Of a stretch of DNA of 64,000 nt, positions 1 to 15,539 are shown one piece after another (position 1 is the first letter of the stretch; every line of letters starts with the position of its first letter). Source of the stretch: the human T2T-CHM13v2.0 reference genome, Homo sapiens; the NCBI RefSeq assembly GCF_009914755.1, contig NC_060939.1, one strand, 5' to 3'. A model generated the notes under the pieces. That model was given only the letters and a program-made list of their open reading frames with translations, did no database searches and was not told where the DNA came from. The position numbers were made by a program, and so were the translations under genes.

Positions 1-179
<179 letters not shown>

Positions 180-355
180 TAGCATCCAACTTCAGCTGAG
201 AAGCAGCAGTCTGTTTCCCACTCTGCAGAGACCAAAGATTCTGGCTGGCATGTCCCCAAGTGGGGAGGGGGCTGTATCCCCAATCTGTGGACCCCACCTC
301 AGCCTCCAATTCACCTCTGAGCATCCCATAGGGGAAGGAGGCTGCCACAGCAACT

Positions 356-379
356 GCCTCCTCCTCCTCCTCCTCCTCA
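356..379 (+). repeat. (CCT)n microsatellite
   Basis: cctcctcctcctcctcctcctc; source of the poly-E ORF artefact. Confidence 0.9.
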
Positions 380-923
380 CCCCCGCCCCCCCAAGATAAG
401 CCTGGACGTAAACACCTACTTGGTGCCCCTTGTGGAACAACAGCTTCCCCTGCTTGTTTCGGAAGCACCATTCCCCCTGCCAATCACTATTCTGGAATCA
501 AAGACTGCAATAAGTGGCAAAAAGTGTCAAGTCTTCAGTCCACCAAGTTTGCCTAGGAAGAATTTCACTGCTGGGAATAGCTCCTGGAGGGAAAGGCTCC
601 TAACTTTGGGAGGATGTCAACAGCTTCAGTGGGCCAGAACTCAGCCTCTGCAGAAGCCTCACCTCCTTGTCCCCCACCTTCCAGGGTGAAAATGTCATGG
701 GCATACAGAGTGGTAAATAAACAGCTGAGTAAACACATTCTTTCAGCCCCCTGGCCTGAACCTACAAGCCTTCCCTACGCCTTACTGGGCCCTCCAGGTG
801 CACAGCTTAGGAGCCAAATGGATCCGCGATGGCACCCCAGTTCCTTCCTCAGGGACCATTCAGATCTGCCATAAACACCAAGCTGAGCCTGCACCCCCTC
901 TCTCCCATCGTCCTGACACCACC

Positions 924-1266
924 TCTCTCCCATCGTCCTGATGTGCATCCCTTAGCTCAGGGCTGCAGCATCTTTTCTTTTTCTTTTTTTTCTCTCTCCC
1001 ATCGTCCTGACATTCATCCCTTAGCTCAGGGCCACAGCATCTTTTCTTTTTCTTTTTTTTCTCTCTCCCATGGTCCTGACGTGCGTCCCTTAGCTCAGGG
1101 CCACAGCATCTTTTCTTTTTCTTTTTTTTCTCTCTCCCATCGTCCTGACATTCATCCCTTAGCTCAGGGCCGCAGCATCTTTTCTTTTTCTTTTTTTCTC
1201 TCTCCCATTGTCCTGACATGCATCCCTTAGCCCAGGGCCACAGCATCTTTTCTTTTTCTTTTTTTT
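924..1266. repeat. 69-bp VNTR/minisatellite, 5 copies
   Basis: TCCCAT anchor recurs at 928, 997, 1066, 1135 and 1203 (periods 69, 69, 69, 68); unit ctctctcccatcgtcctgaYRTKCRtcccttagctcagggccacagcatcttttctttttcttttttt. Confidence 0.95.
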
Positions 1267-1568
1267 AAGACAGGGTCTCACTCTGTCACCCAGGCTGGAG
1301 TGCAGTGGTACGATTTCAGCTCACCGTAGCCTCAATCTCTCAGGCTCAAGGTCCCCTCCCTCCTCAGCCCCCCAGGTAGCTGGGACCACAGGTGCAAGCC
1401 ACTATGCTCAGATAATATTTGGTGGTGGTGGTGATTTTTTTTTTTTTTTTAGAGATGGGGTTTTGCCATGTTGGCCAGGCTGGTCTCAAACTCTTGGACT
1501 CAAGCATTCCACCCACTTCAGCCTCCCAAAGTGCCGGGATTACGAGCTTGAGACACCGGGCCGGGCCC
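1248..1568 (-). mobile_element. Alu (AluJ-like)
   Basis: T-tract then agacagggtctcactctgtcacccaggctggagtgcagtgg...; J-type ctcaccgtagcctcaatctctcaggctcaag. Confidence 0.9.
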
Positions 1569-1669
1569 TCGGCATCTTGTAACAACTATCTGCTCCATCC
1601 GTCCATCCGCCCTCCCTCCATCACCAATTAAAATAACAGCAGCAGCTGATGTGCTTTCGGCTCCAGTTG

Positions 1670-1826
1670 CCAACACGATGCTGAGCACTCCACAGCCGTG
1701 ACCTCACTGAATCCTGCTTAACGCATTCACAGAAGAGGAAACTGAGGCCTCTAGAGGATAACGCTTGGCCAGTAAGGGGCAGCACTGGGGCATGAGCCCA
1801 GGTCTATCTGATTTCAAAACCTGTGT
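1670..1826 (-). mobile_element. MIR SINE fragment
   Basis: Antisense MIR core acagaagaggaaactgaggc...gagcccaggtctatctgatttcaaaacc. Confidence 0.7.
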
Positions 1827-1907
1827 AAAACATTCAGCTGGTGCTACTGACCGGATCAAAACAGTCCCCTTTACCAAGCTCAAATGCCATTTAAAAGTCC
1901 CAGGTCA

Positions 1908-2422
<515 letters not shown>

Positions 2423-3942
2423 CTAACTCACAGCTCAACTCTGTCTCAGAGCAGTCACTCCCCAACTCACAACAACGAGAGGAGCTGGGGCATGCCGAGT
2501 ACAACACAGCTTCCCTCCCCTCCCCAGCCCACCATGAAGACCCCTTCCCGTGCTTTTCCCATACAAAGCATTCAGTCCATTTGGGTGGTTGTTCAACTAA
2601 GCTCTCTGTTGAAACTGCTATTCATTTCAACTCACTGGGCAAGTGGCTTCCCACAAGTCTGAAAAAAGATTCACTGAACGTTCAAAGAAATTAAGAAAAA
2701 CAAACTGGAGAGAGGGCTGCTTCCACCCTGGGGCCTGCACGCATGCTGCATGCTCCTCCCATGGAAACCAACTTCAATAGCGACCTTTCTCAAAACACAC
2801 CCAGGAACTCCAGTGTTAAGGGGCAGGGACAGATCTGATCTTGATTTTTACTTTCTGTCGCTGGCCCTGTGTTCTGGGAAAGATGTTTGTCAGATCTGGA
2901 CCACCCGTCTCCTACAGCAAGGTTGCAAGTTCAACGGAAGAGCATTGATTGACCAGCCCCAAGAAGATGCTGACCTTGGCCCTTTGTGAATTGACCTCCT
3001 GCCAGCGGAGTGCTAAGACACTGTGGTCATTTGGATTTGCAGGGAGGGGGGCACCTCACCCAAGGCCGTCAGGTCTGAGGCCTGGGTGCTCAGGGTCCTG
3101 CCTGATTCTTGCAGGAAGCCTAGACTTGCTTGGCATCATTTCTGGTCACGTGTGATCAGGAGAAATGCAGTGAATGTTTTGCTCCTTCCACACCATGAAA
3201 TCGTTTCCCCTACAGGTTATGCTGTGGGGGCTGTCACACTCCCTCAAAGAACTCAGTGGACTCTGTCCCAGGGCACCACTGCCCCAGAGCTCTAGTGCCT
3301 GGCCACCCAAGAGGCCACAGGGACAGGTCCCTGGGGGAGTGTTCTCAGCACTGAAGCCACCAGGATCAGCAGACACAGCCCAGCTCAATGATCCCGAGAG
3401 TGGGGGCAGCATCAGGCTCACCTCCGGAGAGCAGGGTCCCAGAGGCCACAAAAATTAACCCTCTCAGACCACAGCAAACTGGGGGAGAGCTTAATGCTCA
3501 TAAAGTAACGTGGCACCCAGAGGCTTGGTTCCCTTTTAAAGATTGAAAGCAGGACGCAGTCCCCTGTTTCCCCAGGAAGAAGAGCCACAGAGCAGGCACC
3601 AGGGCCACCTCTCCTGGGCCGTCCCTCAACCCAGCCTGGGTGACTGGTGACAAGGGATGCCAGACTGAGGCCTGCAGCTCCAACCCACACCAAGGCCGCA
3701 GGCTGCCCAGCGTTTTTTGTTCAAATTTGTTCTCTTCCCTGAGGGATACTTCCCTCTCACACGGAGAATGTTTGGGTTGGCTTTCTGGAAAACTGGGTGG
3801 GAGTGAAAAATAGCTGCTTAAGGCATGAGGGGAGGGGGGATGCAACACTCACTAGGAAGAAAGATTCCCCTCCCCACCCCCAGGAGAAAGAAACCTCCCT
3901 CATTACCCAAGAGGAAGACCCCTCCATCTCCATCCCAGGAAG

Positions 3943-4012
3943 AATGAACACACACACACACAATGAACACACACACACACAATGAACACACACACACACA
4001 CCCACACACACA
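3943..4012 (+). repeat. Compound (AATGA(AC)n)x3 / (CA)n microsatellite
   Basis: aatgaacacacacacacac repeated three times, then a CA run. Confidence 0.9.
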
Positions 4013-5031
4013 CCCCTGCCCTGGGAGCAAGGAAGCGCCTCTCCCCCGCTCAGAACCCCCTCACTCCCCGAAAACCCGCAAGGCTGAGCTTTGGGAAGTA
4101 AACAAGTCCCGGCGCTTTACGCAGGCGCTGGGGGCCCAGCCAGGCCGCCACACTCGCTTCGCTGGTGACGGGAGGCACAGGCTTCCAGATGTGAAACGCT
4201 AACAGGCTGTAATGGCTTGAACTGAACAGGAAATATTTTTCCAAAGCCAAAAGAATGCAATCTTTTCAGTACAATGTAAAATGCTTTTATGAAAAAGGCA
4301 CACAGTTAAAACGATAATTCACTGCAGACTGTAAAGAAACTGAAACCCCCAGCAAACCCCAAATTGAAGAATTCCCTTTAAGCATATGTTGACGTAGTTA
4401 CCTTAAAAACAAACATAATGGTACGTCTTAAGGTGTCCTTTAGGGAAAATGCTTAAATCATTCAGAATCTTCGTATCAAAGCTTGGGTTCCCAGGGCTGC
4501 AGCAATAGATCCACTCCCTCGGTCACTGCCTGTCCCATCAGCCACGACCGCGGCTGGGTCAGCCACTGCTGATCAGTCCAGCAAGGCCTAATGTCCAAGG
4601 CCCTTCCTAGCACCTTTTGGTCCTTCCTATGTAAACTGCAAGGTCAACTAATGAAGACCTTGAACGGGATCAATGTTTTGCAATTAATCATTGATTTAGT
4701 ATCACTAGCAAAATATTCTCTTCAAAGACTACCTTACCACAAAGGTTAGCAAAATCTTTTCAGTTTAACAAATGTAATTTGTATCATATGGGCCCATTAT
4801 TTTAAGAAACATTACCGAAGACATTTTACATTTTACTAGCCTCACTCTTAGAAACTTGGACTTTGCCGAAAGCCACTACCTGGCAGCAACTATGAGGCAG
4901 TATGTCATGGGAAAAGCTGGCTGAAATCACTTGATTTTTTTTAGTAACGTGGGCTGTCATTCTTCAACTACAGTACGAACAATTCTTGCTCTGGATAATG
5001 TGAACACATTTTTAAGGACACAAAATTATGA

Positions 5032-5304
<273 letters not shown>

Positions 5305-5312
5305 ATCAAGTC

Positions 5313-5559
5313 ATATATATATACACACACATATATATACACATATATATATACACATATATATACATATTATATATATACATATATATATACACATATA
5401 TATACACATATATATATACACATATATATACACATATATATACACATATATACACATATATATACACACATATATATACACACACATATATATACACATA
5501 TATATACACATATATATATACTTTTTTTGATATATATACTTTTTTTGATATATATATAC
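5313..5559. repeat. (TATACA/TA)n low-complexity microsatellite derived from an Alu tail
   Basis: atatatatacacatatatat... tract ending in tatatatactttttttga units. Confidence 0.95.
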
Positions 5560-5856
<297 letters not shown>

Positions 5857-8640
5857 TCAAGTCCTATTTTTAAACAATAGTTAGGAATAGATACTGCTTA
5901 TAGAAAACCTTTTTTTATTTTTGTTTTTCTTTATTTTGTCACATAGGTGGCCTGTTTCTTTCTTCACAAATCAATTTTCTTGTAAAAGGAATTTATTATA
6001 GAAGAAATCCTTATTAAATAAGAAATCTGCCAGAAGTCGGGGGGGGGGGGCGTTAAATGACTAATTTTGGGCTCAGCAGAGAGCATGAAAACTAGTTTCT
6101 AATCAGAAAGAGGACAACATCAGAAAATATAGGAAGCTTGTGGCAAGAGCTCTGCAGGGGTCTGAACCCAGGTGTTCTGCACACCCGCGGTAGCGGTGAA
6201 GCATCCAAAGGGAGAAGAGTTCCAAATGCCACCTCAGCAGCTCAGAATCCAGAACCAGAAATGTAGCAGGGGTCCTGATTTCTAGGAAGGTATGTGCTTC
6301 ACAGCACAGTCCAGTCCCCAGAGCTGCGTGTTCTTAAGTTGTATGCCTTAAGAAAACTCAATACTCACAAATGCAAACTTCCTTCTGAGCCTCCAAACCT
6401 CACCACATGATGTTTTAAAACTCAGAGCTACTTTTAACTTAAAGTATGCTTATGTTTAACTTTTTTTTTTAAGGAGGGCTGTTGGATTCAGTAAGGAATG
6501 CCCACAGTTGTGCAAGGCAGTGCCTGGCATTTATTTAATATCAAAGAATCTGAGGTTTTGCGCAGTCATCACCACAGCCTCCCTGGTATCATGCTGGCCC
6601 TTTCCCAAGCGCATCTTCGGAACGCTAGCTGCACAAGCTATGCTTCAGATACCCTCATGAAAGGGGGTTTCTGAAGTCAGCAAGATTAGAAAAGGGTGGC
6701 ATGCTGCGCCTATCAGAAATCGAGGACTTTTGGAAATCCTGCAACAACAGAGTTTGCTTAACTCAGCATTTATTTCCCAAACGTACTTAACTAGAGACGC
6801 TTTGTCCCAGAACGTTGACAGGTAACAAAACCACCTTGGAGAAGAGTGCTTTGGAATGATGTCACAGTGGGAGGACCCATCACTGTCAGACAGAAGGCAA
6901 ACAGGGAAGCACCCGGAGTTCAAGGTCAGAGTGTAAGAACTCATGGCCATTTGAAAGAGCCATGGTGACAGCAGCACATCCCTCTACCCAGAGGAGGAGA
7001 GAACAGAAGGTAAGGCAAATAAACACTTGGATATTTTTGTTGTTTTTTGAAGAGCATCTGATTGCCAAAATATTCTTAGCAAAGAATTTTTTTTTAAGTT
7101 GGAAGACAGAATGTAGAATATGTTAGAATTTCTTGAGCAGATGAGCAAAATTGTCAGGGAAGGAGGAGGCGCTGCTGGAGGTCTGCAGGTGGTGGTGGCG
7201 AAGGTTCTATTACCCAGTAATTGACAGGCAGCCTGTTGATCTGTTATCAGGTATTTAGTATTGGACAACTTGCAACTTGTCATTGCCTTGACTGAGAATA
7301 AATCACTTTTCCCAAATCTAAGAAGGTAAAATATGCAGATGCCTTTCTTTGCCACCCACACAAAGGTTTATATAATCCCGATTGCTTTTAATAAGAAGCT
7401 CTTGTAATCTGAGCATTGGTACCTCTTACTTTTAGGCAAAGTAAAACTATTTTTTACAAGATAAAACTATTTTTTCCCTTTGAATCAATCAAAAGGAGAT
7501 GAGGTGGGACTAAAACATACTGTTCCTTTTGCATTCAAAGAGGTGTCACCTCTGGGGACCAGTGGGTCTCTACATTTGGGACAGACAGGAGGATATAACG
7601 CCTCAAATATCTGCTTCCTTTTGAATGGTAACCAAAGACAGGTCCTGACCTTGACCCCGTGCAGGAAGCTCAGGCTTCCCTCACCACTGACCATGAGCCA
7701 CCCCATCCCTGTGGTCATGATGATGTTGCCCTATTTGTCTAACCTTTACCAGGAAGGAAGAGGGCTTTGGCACGTGCACAGGAAAACACGGAAAGCCCGA
7801 CTCTTCGTATCCTGAATTTAATTGACCAAGAACTTGTAAAAATACCAAGTCCCAGTGTCAGTAATACCACAACACCATGCGGCGGTCCCAAAGCTGGTGG
7901 GAAAATGCTGTGGTGGAACAACTGTCCAGCACGGATCCGGAGCCCGAAACCACACAGCACACATGAGAAGAAAAATAACCCCTCGTCACCATAATGCGTT
8001 TACCCATTAGTCGCAGAATAACATTTCTCAGAACTTACCCCCAAATTGTGTCTATTAATGGGCTTTATAAACTGTCGTCCAAAGATCACATCCTTACATG
8101 TTCATCTATTACATTTCAAACAATAAAACCTCTGAAAAGGAAAAAAAATGTTTTTGTATTTGGCATGCCTCGTTCTGTGCAAGTGATGAGGAGACTTGAA
8201 AGCACATTGGTCCTCGTCTGCACAGCCTAGTTCTGGGTTAAGCTGGTGCACACTGTCTAAGTACTTAGACTCCACATATGCTGCACTCGAAAAACGTATG
8301 GTGTTGAACGTGTTTATCTTGAACTTAGACAATGATTTACCAGGGAAAATGCAGTCACTTCCAAATAATTGAAAATGTATTAAGATGACTATATTTTTGC
8401 AAGGGCACTGAACTCATTTGTGTAAAACTGAAAAGTAAATGAGGAAATACATGCAGAATACTAATATTTGTATCAAGGTTGCAATATTGGTGCCAATTCA
8501 GTTTTAAATTGAAGAAATAGTAAAGGAATGTAACATTCTGCCTTCCGCAAATAAACAATATTTCCGAAGTACTTACTGGGAGAAAATGTATGGTATTACA
8601 AAATATGGTGATAGGCTATATTAAAATGTACTCTTTTACA

Positions 8641-8892
<252 letters not shown>

Positions 8893-8929
8893 GTGATCTT
8901 TTAAACCTGACATTTGCATCGAGTTTTCC

Positions 8930-9110
8930 AGTTTACCAAGGGCTTTCACATTTCCTCTCTTGTGTGAAACTTACATCAACCCTGTGAAAGCAATGAAGCA
9001 CGAAGCCCTAACCCCATTTTTCAGGTGTGGAAACAGAAGCTCAAAAACAAGAAGTTATTAGTAATGAGGCTGGGGCTCAAACCCAGGTCTTGAGATTTCT
9101 AGCAGAGCCT
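8930..9110 (-). mobile_element. MIR fragment
   Basis: ccccatttttcaggtgtggaaacagaagctc...ggggctcaaacccaggtct. Confidence 0.65.
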
Positions 9111-9212
9111 TCCCTGACTCACCTACTTACCAATTTCTATTGTTCTACCCACACACTGTGCAAACGGCAGCCAGGGCTCAGCATCACACTGTTGAAAATA
9201 CCACTGAACTAA

Positions 9213-10320
<1,108 letters not shown>

Positions 10321-11139
10321 AAAATGTTAAAAACACTGAATATCTGGCCCCTTCCTTCAAACGTTTTGTTTTATATGGAAAAGTATGACACATTATTATT
10401 TTAGATTGTTTTCACGGATGTAAAATACATGTAACATGAAGTTTCTCACTTAAACATTTTTAAGTATACAGTTTTGTGGCATTATGTGCATTCACACTGT
10501 TCTGCAATTATCATCACCACCTAGCTCCAGAACCTTCTCATTTTACCAGCTAAACTCTGTACTCCCTGTACAGAAGTGACTAACCCTCCCTGGCAACAGC
10601 CATCCCACTTTCTAACTCTATCAAGATCACTACTCGAGGTACTTCAGATAAGTGGAATCTTACAATATTTGTCTTTTTGCAACTGGTTAGTTTCATGTAC
10701 CATAATGTCTTCAAGGTTCATCCATGTTGTAGCACATGTCAGAATTTTCTTCCTTTTTAAAGCTGAATAATGTTTTTTTCAGATTATTAGGTTTACTGAA
10801 ACCATCCTCTTTTTATTATACGTATAGACCACATTTTGTTTATCCATTCTTCTAGCAATGGACACTTGGGTTGTTCCCACCTCCTGGCTATTGGGAAGAA
10901 GGCTGCTGTGAACACAGGTGTACAAATATCTGTTCAAGTCCCTGCTTTCAATTATTTTGGCTATATATCCAGAAGCAGGATTGCTGGATCATACAGTAAT
11001 TCTATGTTTCCTTCTTTGAGGAACTTCTACACTGTCTTCTGCAGCAGTGACACCATTTTGCATTTCCATCATCAATGCACAAGGATTCCAATTTCTCCAC
11101 ATCCTCAGCAAAACCTGTCATTTTTCGTGTTTTCATTTG

Positions 11140-11438
11140 GTTGTTGTTGTTGTTATTTTGTTTGTTTATTCTGAGATGGAGTCTTGGTCTGTTGCCCAGG
11201 CTGAAGTGCCATGGAGCGATCTCCACCTCCTGGGTTCAAGTGATTCTCCTGCCTCAGCCTCCCAAGTAGCTGGGATTACAGGTGCTCACCATGAATCCTG
11301 GCTAATTTATTGTATTTTTAGTACAGACGGGGTTTCACCATGTTGGCAGGCTGGTTTCAAACTGCTGACCTCAGGTGATCCTCCCACCTCAGCCTCCCGA
11401 AGTGCTGGGATTACAGGCGTGAGCCACCATGCCCAGCC
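11140..11438 (-). mobile_element. Alu
   Basis: Antisense Alu with (GTT)n tail. Confidence 0.9.
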
Positions 11439-11548
11439 AGTTCTCATGCTTTGTGACTTGCATTTCTCTAATGATTAGTTATGTTGAGCATCTTTTCATA
11501 AGCCTATTGGCCATGTGTATATCTTCTTTAAAGACATGTCTATTCAAA

Positions 11549-11727
11549 GCTGGGCATGGTGGCTCACGCTTGTAATCCCAGAACTTTGGGAGGCCGAGGC
11601 AGGCAGTTCACTTGAGGTCAGGAGTTCAAGATCAGCCTGGCCAACATGATGAAACATGGGAGGCAGAGGTTGCAGTGAGCTGAGATTGTGCCACTGCACT
11701 CCAGCCTGGACAACAGAGCAGGACCTT
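11549..11727 (+). mobile_element. Alu with central deletion
   Basis: Left arm joins right-arm gggaggcagaggttgcagtgag; approximate TSD aagacatgtctattcaa / aaagatgtctgttcgaa. Confidence 0.85.
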
Positions 11728-11870
11728 GAAGGAAGGAAGGAAGGAAGGAAGGAAGGAGGAAGGAAGGAAGGAAGGAAGGAGAAAGAGAGAGAGAGGGAGA
11801 GGAAGTGAGGGAAAAAAGAAAGAAAGAAAGAAAGAAAGAAAGGAAGTAAAGAAGGAAAAGAAAGAAGAAA
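11728..11870 (+). repeat. (GGAA)n / GA-rich Alu tail
   Basis: 6xGGAA + GGA + 5xGGAA (11731-11777), then GA and GAAA runs. Confidence 0.95.
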
Positions 11871-11969
11871 GATGTCTGTTCGAATCCTTTGCCCATGCAT
11901 TCATTTTTAACATCAACTTGAAAAACTTCCAAGAGGGAGAAAGATAGATATTCATTCAGTAGGGGATAA

Positions 11970-11997
<28 letters not shown>
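11970..11997 (+). repeat. (TG)n microsatellite
   Basis: gtgtgtgt... run. Confidence 0.95.
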
Positions 11998-12000
<3 letters not shown>

Positions 12001-13143
12001 CTGCTTCCTCTAGAATATACTGCAATAGGAAACCAAATCAGAGAATCAGAGTGCCAAGAGTTCAGGCAAGACACAGTGACAACTTCATCTAGTGATGGCA
12101 TTGAAGATGGCATTGAAGAGAGAGATGGGAGACTCGAGCCAGGTTTTGGCAATGGACATGGCAGAACTTGCTGCTAAGCTGTAGATGCAGGATGAGGGCC
12201 AAGCTGACCTTCTCCTTTAACTCTTCCCCTCAATAAAATTCAACTGGCAGCTTCCAAACTGTGACAGACTTAGACTGTTTCCAATGTTACTTTATAAACC
12301 TATTAAGATCCTAGCCTTCCCAAAGGGTTAAACTGATGAACACACCAACAGAAGAATGACATGCACATTACTCTAAAACAACAAATATTTTTAAGGTATT
12401 TTAAACTGAACAAGTATGAAAAGGAAAATGAAATGCCCACAAGAGGATGGCTTTCATATATTAGATTGAAACCTGGAGAAACTCAAAGAATGATACCATG
12501 ACTCTCCTCAACATTAGGCCACGCAGATGTTTGGACACGAGGGCAAGGGCACCCACTTCGAGGTCATTCAGACTTGATTTCAAAAATCCCTGAGCATATG
12601 ATTAAAGAAATTGCCAGGGAAGAATCAGCATAAACTACAGAATTGGACCCATCAAGACCACAAATATTAAAACTATTTCATATAGAAGATAATGATACTA
12701 AATAAGTTTTAGGAAATTTAAATAAAGAATTTAAAGGGCCAAGATTTTTCAAATTGCCCAATAAGATTCCAGGGGGAAAGAACTTCTAGAAAGGGATGTC
12801 TTTAATAGCCAATAAACTGGAAAATGTGTCTGAAGAAATTACCCAGAATGCAGCACAGATGAACATACAGGTGGAAAACTTGAAAGGCAGGTTAAAAGAA
12901 AGGAAGAATAGAATGATAAAGCCCGGCAACTATCTAATTGAGGTTCCAGATGGAGAAATTAGAATGAGGAAGAGTCAAGATTTGAAAAAATAATGCTTGA
13001 AATTTTTCCAGAATTAATGAAAAACATCTACCCTAACATTCTGGAATTCCAACCAATCCCCAAAGCAGGGAAAATAAGAGAAAAGTCCCCACTTAAACAC
13101 ACTGTAGTCAAACTGCAAAACAATAAACACAAAAAGATGACTA

Positions 13144-13835
<692 letters not shown>

Positions 13836-14063
13836 TCAACAGCTGCCTTCTTAAGAGCAACTGTGGAAGCCAGGAGACAATGGAGTACTATTTTTTAAAG
13901 TGCTAGAAGAAAAATAACTTTCATTCTCCATCTAGCAAAAGTAACTTCCAAGTATGAGGCAAAATAAAGCAATATTTTGAAAAATAAGACCCGAGGGAAT
14001 TTGCTACCAGAAGATCCCCCTAACATCATTTCTACAGGATGCACATCAGGGAATAGAAAAACA

Positions 14064-15539
<1,476 letters not shown>

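Larger units (their letters stand above)
10395..11905 (-). mobile_element. Old LINE-1 3' region (L1M), interrupted by two Alus
   Basis: ttcaaggttcatccatgttgtagca, ggacacttgggttgttccc, ttgcatttctctaatgattag; resumes after each Alu. Confidence 0.85.

Noticed and set aside
829-1246. 133-aa and 128-aa ORFs with repeated peptide units
   Set aside because: Artefact of the 69-bp (multiple of 3) VNTR; no splice or start context
3498-3848. 116-aa minus-strand ORF in unique sequence
   Set aside because: No recognisable domain and no convincing splice-site pair; length expected by chance in GC-rich DNA
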